A stretch of 64,000 bases of DNA. Source: Candidatus Latescibacterota bacterium (GTDB lineage Bacteria; Latescibacterota; UBA2968; UBA8231). Of the stretch, positions 28,072 through 37,777 are shown one piece after another (position 1 is the first letter of the stretch; every line of letters begins with the position of its first letter). Position numbers and translations under genes: made by a program. The notes under the pieces are model-generated. The model made no database searches and was not told the origin of the DNA. It saw only the letters and a list, made by a program, of their open reading frames with translations. Location: assembly GCA_965261395.1 (NCBI GenBank), contig OZ253462.1, forward strand, positions 3,552,001 to 3,616,000. Reading direction: 5' to 3'.

Positions 28072-30081
28072 TTAATAGGCAAGGCCCAAGGCCAATAGCT
28101 GTTTGGCTTGGACGAACTGGGTTTGCAGGGCGATGGAGAGTAGGTAGAGGCCCGGCGGGAGGAGCTGGCCGGTCTCGTCGCGGCCGTCCCAGGTGATCGC
28201 GCGCGGGCCGGAGTCTTGCAGCCCTTGGTCGAGGCGGGCGATGCGGCGACCGTCCAAGGCGTACACTTCCAGTGCCACGGGCACGGGACCGGGGAGGTGG
28301 AAGAGCGAATAACGCATCTGGAGCTGGTCGTGGATGCCGTCGCCATTGGGGGTCAGCACCGGGGTGGACAAAGCGAGCGCTTGGATGAAATCGAGTGTCT
28401 CGTCGCCCGCGCCCAGCACCCGCAGGCTGTTGGTGGAGACCGCCTCGCTGGCGTCGCCGGCTAGGATTGGTTGGGGGAGCGATTCGCCGTCGGCGACAAA
28501 GATCTCGCCGGCAAAGGTGGAGGCGAATTCAAAGACTTCGGCGGCGAAGACCACGCGGATCGGCGCGTTGTTGGTGCCGGTGACGCGCTGGGGCAATTGG
28601 ATCACCAAACCGTCGTCTTCCTCTACTGCGACTGGATTGACCGAGACGAGTGGGGTGCCCATTTCGAGGCGGCGAAAGGCGGTGCGATTGCCGGTGTGGA
28701 TCCTAAGCGCGTCGAAGCCGGGAGCGGTGCTACCGTCGAATACGGCCCGCACCTGATAGACGAATTCGGTCTGTTGGCCCAAGGCGACTTCGGTAAAGCC
28801 GCGCTTGGGCTGCGGGTCGTCGCGTCGAGCCACTTCGGCGAATACCTCAGCGGCCAATAGCGGCGCGGTCTCGATCCACAGCGAGTCAATCCGCATCCAA
28901 GCGTCGAAGTCGCGGCTTTCTAAGGAGAGTTCCACTTGGAGATGCGATCCGCTCCTGAGCCGGATTGGCTGGCCCGATTCGGTAAAGGGCACCGACCAGA
29001 AGGACCAGTTGGCAGAATCGTAGCCGATGGAGGCGCGGATCCCGGGCCGTGGGTCGCGGTTGAGTTGGGCGGTGAGTGTCTCGTATTGCTCGCGCGAGAC
29101 CTCCTTCTCTCGGCCGATGTTGGTGTATTCGTGGTAGGTCGCCGGGCTGTCATCGCGGCCGACGCGGACTTTGGCCTTGAGCCAGACTGGGGCGTCGGGA
29201 TCTGCGACGACCACGCCATCGACCAAGCGCAGCGGCGTGCCTGCCCAGTGCAGGCGGCCAAAATTCACCACTCGGCCCAGATCGACGACTTGGCTGAGGT
29301 ACACTACGCGCTGCGGGATGCCTTGGCCGAAGATCTCGAATCCCCCGATTGAGCCTTTGAGCGCGATGGCTTGGTTGCCTTGGCCTCCGCAGTCGCGGCA
29401 GATGTTGAGCGCTTCCTCGTCGGCCAGCGACAATTGGCGGCGCCAGCGGAAGAAGCGGACGTACTGGCGGGGGATTTCTATCTGAACGGAGGGTTCGAAG
29501 TTGGCACCGACATTGGCGATGGTTTTTTCAAAGAGATCGTTGCCACCCCACTGAACGGCCGGTTCGGTGTCCGTGCCGATCGAGACATCGAAAGCCGGGA
29601 CCGCGTCGAAGGGCAGCGGTGTGCCGTCAGAGCGGAAGCCCTGCGAGGGAGTGAAGAAGCCGAAGCGCACGGCGGGGATCGGCACGGCGGTGTCGAAGGA
29701 GAAGAAAGTGGCTCCGACCGATTCGGACCGGGGGGCGTTGTAAGTCGTGGAATCGCGATCAACTAGGAAAACGCCGCTTTGGGTCGGATCGCCGCCGGCA
29801 CCGCCCCAGCGGTTCCAGAAGCGGGGTTTCTGGCCATCGACATAGCCGAGGTTGTACAAGGGGGGTTCGCGCCAGAACTCCCAGTTTTCCAGCAAGTGAA
29901 TGACGTTTTGATCTGGCTGCAAGTAGAGCGGCTGGATCGCACCGTCGACAAAATCGACAAGGACGTGGAGGGAGTCGCGCTGATCCCACGCCATGCCACT
30001 GCCGCCCAGTTGCCACTTTGCTACTTGAGCGTGGCTGGGTGCGACGGCGAGGATTAGCATCAAAGGCCAAGCACTGCGCAT
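28072..30081 (-). CDS. Array protein, type A
   Basis: MRSAW...PSHA|QVAKWQLGG; GFRSDGTPL; DLGRVVNFGRLHW; LTPNGDGIHD...LGLAY. Confidence 0.85.
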   Translation of the reverse strand: MRSAWPLMLILAVAPSHAQVAKWQLGGSGMAWDQRDSLHVLVDFVDGAIQPLYLQPDQNVIHLLENWEFWREPPLYNLGYVDGQKPRFWNRWGGAGGDPTQSGVFLVDRDSTTYNAPRSESVGATFFSFDTAVPIPAVRFGFFTPSQGFRSDGTPLPFDAVPAFDVSIGTDTEPAVQWGGNDLFEKTIANVGANFEPSVQIEIPRQYVRFFRWRRQLSLADEEALNICRDCGGQGNQAIALKGSIGGFEIFGQGIPQRVVYLSQVVDLGRVVNFGRLHWAGTPLRLVDGVVVADPDAPVWLKAKVRVGRDDSPATYHEYTNIGREKEVSREQYETLTAQLNRDPRPGIRASIGYDSANWSFWSVPFTESGQPIRLRSGSHLQVELSLESRDFDAWMRIDSLWIETAPLLAAEVFAEVARRDDPQPKRGFTEVALGQQTEFVYQVRAVFDGSTAPGFDALRIHTGNRTAFRRLEMGTPLVSVNPVAVEEDDGLVIQLPQRVTGTNNAPIRVVFAAEVFEFASTFAGEIFVADGESLPQPILAGDASEAVSTNSLRVLGAGDETLDFIQALALSTPVLTPNGDGIHDQLQMRYSLFHLPGPVPVALEVYALDGRRIARLDQGLQDSGPRAITWDGRDETGQLLPPGLYLLSIALQTQFVQAKQLLALGLAY

Positions 30082-30179
30082 CGGGCACCGCATCTCCGCT
30101 GAGGTAACATGCTGCTGGGAAGATAATGCAAAAAGAGCCATGCGCGGAATTAAATAATCACCGCTATGGCTAGGAACTC

Positions 30180-32528
30180 CTAATAGGCGACGGCGATGGT
30201 GCGCAGCATCGTATCGTCACCGGCGTCGGCACCGAGATCGACGCGCAGGACGTAGATGCCGGGGGCCGCGTTCGCTCCGTTGGCGTCGCGGCCATCCCAA
30301 GTGAAGAGGCGGTGCAATCCCTCGGTACTTGGGGCGAGGACGGCTACTTGGTGCCCGGCGAGGTCGAAGACTTCCACTTGCGGCTCGCGGCCTTCGGCTT
30401 TAAGGACGACGAACCGCACCTCTAGCCGGTCGTTGATGCCGTCGCCGTTGGGCGTGAGTGTCGGCGAGGAGACGAAGAAGTCGCTGATGAGCTGGCTGCT
30501 ACTGGTTAGTTCGGGCAGCATGACGATATTGGCACGGCGTGCGGCCGGTTCGACCGACTGCCAACGGCCCGGATGCGTGCTGGAGCCTAAGTCCAACGCG
30601 AAGAGGGTGGCGTTGCGCACCAAGTGGGTGGTAAAGTGGACGCGGACCGAATCGTCTCGGATCGGATCGGGTAAGGCGATGAGCAGGGAGTCTCCGCGCA
30701 GGGAGGTCGATGCCGGCGAGACGGTTTCTGTGCCCTTCTCCACGCTCACGCTGTGCAGATTGAGCGGACCCGGCAGGTCGAAGCGCATCAGGTCGAAGCC
30801 GACGTCATCAGGGCTGGCGCTGGGCAGTAGGGTATAAGTGAAGGAAGTCTCCTCATTGGGGAGGGCACTGCGCGGCTCGACGCGGCCACGGGCACTCTGG
30901 AGCAGCGCGTCGTCGAATTCGATCGACAGCGCGTTGACTGCGGGCGCGACTTCGGGGCGGTCGGTAGCGAGAATCAGCTCCAGTTGCGCGAAGCGACGCG
31001 GACTTTGCGACTTAAAGGTTTCGCCGGAAAATTGGTACACATTGCTCCAAGCGTCCCAGTCCTCGCCGACGACCAGCAAGGTATCGATAGGACCGCGCAG
31101 CACCTTGGGCGAGCTATTCCATTTTTCTTCGGTGATTGCTTCGCCGATCTTATTGTGAAACGTATAGACCGGTGCCAGCGCGTTACCCGAACGAGAGCGC
31201 AGTTGCATCCTAGCCCCTATGGGCAGATCGGCGTCCCAGTGCAGGGCCTTGATGACTTTGGGCCGCCCGTCGCCGGTTTCCTCACCGAGGTCAATAAAGC
31301 CGGAGCGCAGCGAGACTTGGGCGGGATAGCCCGGCGAGAACAGCATAAATTCGCCCCATTTGGATTCGAGCCAATCGCGGTCGGTCAGGCCGTGCCAGAA
31401 CATATAGCGCATCCTGCGCGGCCTGAATTTGTAGCGTATGCGGTAGAGGCCATCCGCCTTGGGGTTGACGTGCGTGAGCAGTTCGCCGTAGTCGAGCGGC
31501 GCAGGTACGGGTAGGGAAGTGCCCACGCTGAGCGAGCCGTCCGAGACTAGGATGCTGTGACCTGGGCCAGCCGAGCCGCGGTGATAGCCCGCAGTGCCCT
31601 CAAAAGGTTGGAGCACGTAGAGGAACAGTTCATCGACGAAGAACACAGCGCCTAGATCGACGTAAAACCAAGTGCCTGCTTTCTCCCAGCCTTGGTCGCC
31701 GCGGCCGGAGGTGATGAGATTGGTGGTGTTGATATCGGCGTCGAAGAGGTTGCCCGGGACGGCGGCTACCGTGCCGTTGAGGAAGGTGCCGCGCCCGGCG
31801 GTGCCGATGCTGATATTGTCGCCCACAGTGAGCACTTCGACTTCGCCCAGCGCCGCATCTAGGCTTTGTTCTTCGACGATGATACTGATGTACTGAATCA
31901 CTTGGTAGTGGTTTTCAAAGGTGCGATCAATGGCCATAGCTGGATCGACCGTCAGGAGGGTGTCGGCGGCCGGATACTCGAGGGGAATGGTCAGGGAAGT
32001 GGCATGGTTGGGCAGGGTGGTGCGATAGACCGGCTCGTATTTGAAGACGTCGGCAGTGGCTTGGATGCGCGCCCCGGTGGTGCCATAGACGGTGAACTGT
32101 CGCAGCGGGCGGGCACCCTCTTGGTCGGGGAAGGTCAGGCGAATGTGGCGGGCGAGGACGGCGCGCCCCAAGTCGATATCGAGGAACCAGTTTTTGAGCT
32201 GGTCGGCCGAGTCGGGCTGCCAGAAGGTCGCGGGATCGCCGTCGATGGCGTTGGCAGCGGTGGTGCGCCCGCTGCCGGCCTGCCAGATGCCGCCTGCTAC
32301 TTCGCCTCGTTGCTGGGTGGAATGGGTGAAAAGGTGGGCATCGCGGATGGCGTCCACTTCCTTGCGGTATTTGGTCAGGCGCAGCACGCCCTCCGCATCC
32401 ACCTGTACTACCCCCGCCGGCATGGTCCAGCTTTGCCATTTTTCTGCGCTGTCGAAGCTCAGTAGTTCGGCCCAGCCGGGAGTGGCTAGCAAAGCGAGCC
32501 AAGCTGTAAAGGCAACGAGGAAGCGCAT
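30180..32528 (-). CDS. Array protein, type B
   Basis: MRFLV...GWA|ELLSFDS; AIDGDPATFWQP; GDGRPKVIKALHWDAD; LTPNGDGIND...TIAVAY. Confidence 0.87.
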   Translation of the reverse strand: MRFLVAFTAWLALLATPGWAELLSFDSAEKWQSWTMPAGVVQVDAEGVLRLTKYRKEVDAIRDAHLFTHSTQQRGEVAGGIWQAGSGRTTAANAIDGDPATFWQPDSADQLKNWFLDIDLGRAVLARHIRLTFPDQEGARPLRQFTVYGTTGARIQATADVFKYEPVYRTTLPNHATSLTIPLEYPAADTLLTVDPAMAIDRTFENHYQVIQYISIIVEEQSLDAALGEVEVLTVGDNISIGTAGRGTFLNGTVAAVPGNLFDADINTTNLITSGRGDQGWEKAGTWFYVDLGAVFFVDELFLYVLQPFEGTAGYHRGSAGPGHSILVSDGSLSVGTSLPVPAPLDYGELLTHVNPKADGLYRIRYKFRPRRMRYMFWHGLTDRDWLESKWGEFMLFSPGYPAQVSLRSGFIDLGEETGDGRPKVIKALHWDADLPIGARMQLRSRSGNALAPVYTFHNKIGEAITEEKWNSSPKVLRGPIDTLLVVGEDWDAWSNVYQFSGETFKSQSPRRFAQLELILATDRPEVAPAVNALSIEFDDALLQSARGRVEPRSALPNEETSFTYTLLPSASPDDVGFDLMRFDLPGPLNLHSVSVEKGTETVSPASTSLRGDSLLIALPDPIRDDSVRVHFTTHLVRNATLFALDLGSSTHPGRWQSVEPAARRANIVMLPELTSSSQLISDFFVSSPTLTPNGDGINDRLEVRFVVLKAEGREPQVEVFDLAGHQVAVLAPSTEGLHRLFTWDGRDANGANAAPGIYVLRVDLGADAGDDTMLRTIAVAY

Positions 32529-32529
32529 T

Positions 32530-34542
32530 TTAGTAGGCAATGCCTAGCGGGCGCAGCAGGCGTTCGCTGATCCCGTCGGATTGCAGTGCCACTTCGAGTA
32601 GGTAGAGGCCGGGCGGCAGGAGTTGTCCTTGGGCGTTGCGTCCGTCCCAGCTAAGGCGCTGCGGTCCGGCAGTCTGTGGCGCAAACGACAGGCGGGCGAC
32701 CTGCCGACCATCGAGAGCATACGCCCGCAGTTCGACGGGTACGCCGGCGGGTAGGCGGAAGAGGGAATAAGAGACCTGCAGCAGGTCATTTACACGGTCG
32801 CCGTTGGGGGTCAAAATCGGCGTTGAAAAGCGCAGGTTCTGGATTGCGTTGACGCGACCGCCCTGCGCACTCAGCACGCGCAAGCTATTGGTCGATACGG
32901 CGGCTGTGGCATCGCCGCCCTGGATGGGTTGGGGTAGGCTTTCGGCCGCGGTGTCGATGGCCTCGCCTTCAAAGGTCGTGGCGAAGACGAAGACGTCGGC
33001 GGTGAACTCGATGCGGATGGGCGCGTTGTTGGCGGCGTGGACCCGCTCGGGCAGCTCGATGAAGAACTGGTCGTCGTTGATCTCGACTCGGCGCGGCTCG
33101 ACGGGCACCAGAGGATCGCCCATCGCCAGCGTCTGCAAGTGGACTCGGCTGCCGGTGCGGATGCGCAGCGCGTCGAAGCCTCGCTCTGAGGCGGCGAAGT
33201 CGGCGCGAATATCGTAGCTGAAGTTGGTCGCCTGCCCTAGGGCCACTTCGGTCAAGCCGCGTGCCTGCGGGTCGTCGAGGCGGGCAACTTCGCCGACGAT
33301 CTGGCGAGCTAGGAGCGGTGCCTGTTCGACCCACAGCGAATCCAAGCGCGTAAAGGCGTCGAAATCCGCGCTGTCGAGGGTGATTTTGAACTGGATATGG
33401 GAGCCGCTGTGCAGATTGAGCGACTGGCCAGGCACGGTGAAGGCGGGCGACCAGAAGGTCCAGTTGTCCTCGTCATAGGCCACGGACGCGCGGACCCCAG
33501 GCCGATCGCTGGCGACGTAGCCGTAGCCTTGCGACTCCTTGAGTTCGTACTCGTAGCGCTGGCGCGAGACTTCCACCTCGCGGCCCTTGTCGTCGAATTC
33601 GCGGTAGATATTGGGGTCTTGGTCGTTACCGGTGCGCACCTCGACGCGCAGCCCGACAGCAGCTTCGGGCGCTGGGACCAAGGCACCGTCCTCCATCCGC
33701 ATGGAGGTCGCCGACCAGAACAGCCGGCCGAAGTTCACTTCCGCGCCCAGATCGATAATTTTGGATAGATATAGCACGCGCTGTGGGACCCCCCGGGCAT
33801 AGAGTTCAAAGTCGCCGATGGTCCCCGGCCGCGCTTGGCCGGATAGCGAGTTTTCTTGGAGGACAAAGGTCGGATCGAGTACAGACTCGTTGCGACGCCA
33901 GCGGATGAAGCGGACATATTGGCGGGGTAGGTCGATTTGTACGGTGGGGGACAGGTTTTCGGCGACGTCGGCGATGAGCGGGCCGATGCGCGCGTAGCCG
34001 TTGTGCCCGTGCCATGCGGGATCGGGTTCGGTGGCGACGCTCACTTCAAAGGCGGGCACAGCATCGTCGGCTAGTGGGGTACCGTTTGAGCGGAAGCCGC
34101 GCGGGGGTGTGAAAAAGCCGAAGCGGATGGCCGGGACGGGCACGGCTACATCGAAGGTAAACCAGTCGAAGCTCCCGAGGTCCGAGGACGGGGGGTTGTA
34201 GGTGGTGCTGTCGCCATCGACTAGGTACGTGGCGTTGTGTACGGTTCGCGAGTCGCCCAAGCCCAGCTTCCAGGCACGGGGTCGCTGGCCATCGACATAG
34301 CCGATTTCGCGGGGAAATTTCCAGGGGGACCAGTTGTCGAGGTGCGAAAAGACGGTCTGGGCCGAGGTCAGGTAGATGGGCTGGATGACCCCGGGGACGG
34401 AATCTAAGTCGATGAAGATGCGGATCGAATCGCTCGCCGACCATGCAAGGCCGCCGCTGCCGCCAAGCTGCCAAGTGCTTATTTGCGCCGACAGAACTCC
34501 GGGCAGCAGAAGTAAGGAGAGGATGGCAACGATGCGGCGCAT
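32530..34542 (-). CDS. Array protein, type A
   Basis: MRRIV...VLSA|QISTWQLGG; GFRSNGTPL; DLGAEVNFGRLFW; LTPNGDRVND...RPLGIAY. Confidence 0.87.
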   Translation of the reverse strand: MRRIVAILSLLLLPGVLSAQISTWQLGGSGGLAWSASDSIRIFIDLDSVPGVIQPIYLTSAQTVFSHLDNWSPWKFPREIGYVDGQRPRAWKLGLGDSRTVHNATYLVDGDSTTYNPPSSDLGSFDWFTFDVAVPVPAIRFGFFTPPRGFRSNGTPLADDAVPAFEVSVATEPDPAWHGHNGYARIGPLIADVAENLSPTVQIDLPRQYVRFIRWRRNESVLDPTFVLQENSLSGQARPGTIGDFELYARGVPQRVLYLSKIIDLGAEVNFGRLFWSATSMRMEDGALVPAPEAAVGLRVEVRTGNDQDPNIYREFDDKGREVEVSRQRYEYELKESQGYGYVASDRPGVRASVAYDEDNWTFWSPAFTVPGQSLNLHSGSHIQFKITLDSADFDAFTRLDSLWVEQAPLLARQIVGEVARLDDPQARGLTEVALGQATNFSYDIRADFAASERGFDALRIRTGSRVHLQTLAMGDPLVPVEPRRVEINDDQFFIELPERVHAANNAPIRIEFTADVFVFATTFEGEAIDTAAESLPQPIQGGDATAAVSTNSLRVLSAQGGRVNAIQNLRFSTPILTPNGDRVNDLLQVSYSLFRLPAGVPVELRAYALDGRQVARLSFAPQTAGPQRLSWDGRNAQGQLLPPGLYLLEVALQSDGISERLLRPLGIAY

Positions 34543-34612
34543 GGGCAGGGCTTTCGGGAGACAAGCATATATAAAAGCTAAATACGCAAAATCGGTCGTC
34601 TGGACAAGTGGC

Positions 34613-35833
34613 CTATGCCCCGAATGGCACCAGCCAATCCTCCTCAATCCCCAAGTCGAAACCCGGTCCTCGTGGCACAAATTCCAGATAGCTGTCTTTG
34701 GGCACCAGCGCCCCCGGCTCGGCTACTTCCTCCAGTGGGATCCCCGGGTCCGAGCCGATGTAGTATTCGCCCCAAGGCGTATTGGGCATCGCCCAAGTCA
34801 AGTGTTGGCCATAGGGATCGCGCCCCCCGCCGTGGAGGCAGACTTCAAGGCCGGCGGCCTCGGCCATGTGGCAGATTTTGATACAGGCGGTCAGCCCGCC
34901 GACCCAGTGGATATCGGGTTGCAGCACGTCGAGGGCGCGGTGCTCGATCATCTGCTGGTAGGGGTAGTGCGTGTAGAAGTGTTCGCCGCTAGCTAGCGTT
35001 TGCCAGGGCAGGCACTCTTTGAGTTTGATATGGCTTTTGACGTCTTCGGGGATCAGGCACTCCTCCAGCCAGCGCAACTTGTAGGGTCTGAGGCGCTCGG
35101 CTAGGCGGACGCTGTATTCGACGTCAAAGGCCATGTAGCAGTCGAGCATGAGTTCGCAGTCGTCGCCGACCAATGCGCGGACTTCGGCGACCCGCCGCTC
35201 GTTTTGGTCTAGGCCCCACAGGCCGTCGGCGGGGCCGTATTGGCAGGGGAGTTTGAAGGCGCGGAAGCCCAACTCGCGGTACCAATCGACGTCGTCGCCG
35301 GTGGCGTAGGTGAAGATTCGCTCCCGGGCCGGGCCGCCGATGAGTTGGTACACGGGTTTTTGTTGCAGCTTGCCGGCCAGATCCCACAGCGCTAGGTCCA
35401 CGGCGCTAATGGCGACGGTGGCAATGCCGACGGTGCCGAAAGGTTTGGAGACGCGGAACATCATATCCCACAGCTTGTCGATGGCCAGGCAGTCCTCGCC
35501 TATGAGGATATGGGCGAAGGCGTCTTCGACGACCGCAGCGGTGGGCCGACCCGCGGCCGTGCCCAGTCCCCAAGTGCCGTCTTCGGCTGTGACTTTGACT
35601 GCGAAGCCGGGCCATTGCTGGGCGGCGTAGAGTTGGCGACGAGGCTTGAAGCGCGGGAAACGCGACATTGGGTTGGCTACTTCAATCTCGGTGGGCCAAG
35701 CCTTGCGGCGGGGTTGGCTCTGCTGCGCGGGGGCCGTCGAAGCGGAGAGCGTCGAGCCAGCTTGGGAACGGGCGCTGAGCGAAGGGCCGTCGGGGCGTTC
35801 GATGCGGACTAGGTCGATGGATTTGATTTTCAT
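34613..35833 (-). CDS. Mandelate racemase/enolase superfamily sugar-acid dehydratase (L-rhamnonate dehydratase-like)
   Basis: VANPMS, AISAVDLALWDL, LMLDCYMA, WLEE, SGEH, QPDIHWVGGLT. Confidence 0.85.
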   Translation of the reverse strand: MKIKSIDLVRIERPDGPSLSARSQAGSTLSASTAPAQQSQPRRKAWPTEIEVANPMSRFPRFKPRRQLYAAQQWPGFAVKVTAEDGTWGLGTAAGRPTAAVVEDAFAHILIGEDCLAIDKLWDMMFRVSKPFGTVGIATVAISAVDLALWDLAGKLQQKPVYQLIGGPARERIFTYATGDDVDWYRELGFRAFKLPCQYGPADGLWGLDQNERRVAEVRALVGDDCELMLDCYMAFDVEYSVRLAERLRPYKLRWLEECLIPEDVKSHIKLKECLPWQTLASGEHFYTHYPYQQMIEHRALDVLQPDIHWVGGLTACIKICHMAEAAGLEVCLHGGGRDPYGQHLTWAMPNTPWGEYYIGSDPGIPLEEVAEPGALVPKDSYLEFVPRGPGFDLGIEEDWLVPFGA

Positions 35834-35988
35834 TGGAGTGCTCGCGGTTTGTATTGTTATGTTGCGGCCGCCGAATGGACTGAGTAAAGGCGAGGTGTTC
35901 GAGGCTTCGAAGGTAGTTCCCACATCACGTAGGTCAAGCCGGGATGGCGTTAGAGCACATAATGTCTTTGGGATGAGTCTTGTTGCCG

Positions 35989-36016
35989 GTATTCCTTTGA
36001 TGGAATACATTAGACT
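35989..36016 (+). promoter_or_regulatory. Probable antitoxin operator plus -10 box (possibly leaderless toxin mRNA)
   Basis: Palindrome GTATTCC-6-GGAATAC (35989-36008); TAGACT at 36011-36016, 6 nt before the ATG. Confidence 0.5.
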
Positions 36017-36022
36017 GTCGGA

Positions 36023-36385
36023 ATGACTTGGAATGCTGAATATACGAACGAGTTTGGCGAATGGTGGGATGGGCTTGCAGAGAGCGTGCAGGACGATATT
36101 ACCGCCACGGTTGAGTTGCTCTTGGAGCACGGCCCTCACCTGCTGCATCCCTATTCATCGGGTATCCAGGGTTCACGCCACGGACATATGCGCGAGCTTA
36201 GGGTACAAAGCAGCGGTAGGCCAATTCGCGTCTTCTATGCTTTTGATCCGAGACGGGTAGCGATCCTATTGATCGGAGGCGACAAGACGGGTAATGATCG
36301 GTTTTACGAGCAGTACGTACCGGTAGCTGACAAACTTTACGATGAGCATCTTGAAACCTTGCAAAAGGAAGGATTGATCCCATGA
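36023..36385 (+). CDS. RelE/ParE-family (HigB/Gp49-like) toxin
   Basis: GP.L..PYS..I.GSRH..MRELRVQ..GRPIRVFYAFDPRR.AILLIGGDK. Confidence 0.9.
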   Translation: MTWNAEYTNEFGEWWDGLAESVQDDITATVELLLEHGPHLLHPYSSGIQGSRHGHMRELRVQSSGRPIRVFYAFDPRRVAILLIGGDKTGNDRFYEQYVPVADKLYDEHLETLQKEGLIP

Positions 36386-36726
36386 GCGGGCACCGTCCCT
36401 TTAGTGAGTTGACCAAGGACTTCACGCCGGAGCGCCGTCAGCGCATTGAGGCGAAAAAGGCTGAATTGCGAGCCGCTATGCCGCTGCACGAGCTACGGCA
36501 GGCACAGGTTATGACCCAGAAGGCACTTGGCGAGACTTTGGCGGTGAACCAACCCGCCATCGCCAAGATGGAACGGCGGACAGATATGTACGTCTCGACT
36601 CTTCGCTCCTACATCGAAGCACTGGGCGGACGGCTGAAGATCGTCGCCGAGTTCCCGGAAGGCGAAGTCGCAATAACCAACTTCTCGGACGCGGGCGATG
36701 GTGTAGAGCTTCAGGATAGGGAATAA
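36382..36726 (+). CDS. XRE-family HTH antitoxin (HigA-like)
   Basis: LHELRQA..MTQ..L...L.VNQPAIAKMERRTDMYVSTLRSYIEALGG; ATGA overlap with the toxin. Confidence 0.9.
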   Translation: MSGHRPFSELTKDFTPERRQRIEAKKAELRAAMPLHELRQAQVMTQKALGETLAVNQPAIAKMERRTDMYVSTLRSYIEALGGRLKIVAEFPEGEVAITNFSDAGDGVELQDRE

Positions 36727-36735
36727 ACCGACCTA

Positions 36736-37773
36736 TTACCCGTTACCTCCCCAGGCGAGGGATTCGGCTTCGGTTGCCGACAGGGTGAGATCGGCTTCTG
36801 AGGCGGCTGGTTCTTTCCACGTGGCTAGCAGATCGGCTAACTCGGCGAGGGAAGCGGTGGTCAGCAGGCGGCGGCGCAGTTCAGAGGCTCGGGGCAAGCT
36901 CTTGAAGTAGAGCGCGAGGTGCTTGCGCGTCTCGCGGATGCCGGCGTGCTCGCCTTTGTACGCGGCCATCAGGCGGAGCTGCTCCAGTGCCAAGTTGATG
37001 CGCTCGGCGAGGGTTGCGCCGCTGCGGCCGGAAAAGAGCCAGGGATTGGCCAGTGCCGCCCGCCCGACCATGACTGCGGCACAGCCTGTTTCTCGCTGCA
37101 TGAGGCGGGCGTCGTCGAGAGTGAGTACGTCGCCGTTGCCGATGATGGGCAGCGAGGAGGCTTCGACGGCGCGGCCGATCCAATGCCAGTTGGCTCGGCC
37201 CTTGTATTTTTGCACGACGGTGCGGGCGTGAATGGCCACTGCTTGGGCACCGGCGTCCTCACAGCGGCGCACCACTTCGAGGATATTGATCTGCTCCTCG
37301 TCCCAGCCTAGGCGCGTCTTGACGATGACTGGAACCGAGACGGCTTTGACGGTGCGCTCAACGGCCTGATAGAGCCGATCCAGATCGCGCAAATAGGCCG
37401 CGCCGCAGCCTTTGGCGACGATCTTGGGTACGGAACATCCGAAATTGATGTCCACCACCTGCGCGCCGCGTCGCTCGAATTCCCGCGCCCCATTGGCGAT
37501 CAGGTCAATGTCGTTGCCGTAGATTTGCGCGGCCAGCAGCGAGATGCCGGTGTCGGCGTAGATGGGCGCGTCGGAAAAGTCGAGCATCTGCAAGCTCTTG
37601 CGCGAGCGGATGCCGATGGCGCGGCAGTTGATAAATTCAACTCCGACCAGCCGCGCCCCGAGGCGAGCGCAGATAAGGCGAAAGACCCAGTTGCTCACCC
37701 CAGCCATCGGCGCTAGGGTGAGGATGGGCATATTCTCCTTGAAGGGATTGAGCTGGTGGGGGCCGAGTTGCAC
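36736..37773 (-). CDS. dusB: tRNA-dihydrouridine synthase (DusB-like)
   Basis: LAPMAG, DINFGC, VKTRLGW, IHART, GNGDV, VMVGR. Confidence 0.85.
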   Translation of the reverse strand: MQLGPHQLNPFKENMPILTLAPMAGVSNWVFRLICARLGARLVGVEFINCRAIGIRSRKSLQMLDFSDAPIYADTGISLLAAQIYGNDIDLIANGAREFERRGAQVVDINFGCSVPKIVAKGCGAAYLRDLDRLYQAVERTVKAVSVPVIVKTRLGWDEEQINILEVVRRCEDAGAQAVAIHARTVVQKYKGRANWHWIGRAVEASSLPIIGNGDVLTLDDARLMQRETGCAAVMVGRAALANPWLFSGRSGATLAERINLALEQLRLMAAYKGEHAGIRETRKHLALYFKSLPRASELRRRLLTTASLAELADLLATWKEPAASEADLTLSATEAESLAWGGNG

Positions 37774-37777
37774 GAGC

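Noticed and set aside
18696-34542. Diversity-generating retroelement or invertase shufflon behind array variation
   Set aside because: No reverse transcriptase, template repeat or inverted recombination sites seen; all genes are co-oriented and the differences are not obviously adenine-specific
35920-36735. Toxin-antitoxin pair (and GNAT at 6474, arsC at 12102) as integron cassettes
   Set aside because: GTTAG-like motifs are present but no complete attC with matching inverse core, and no integron integrase
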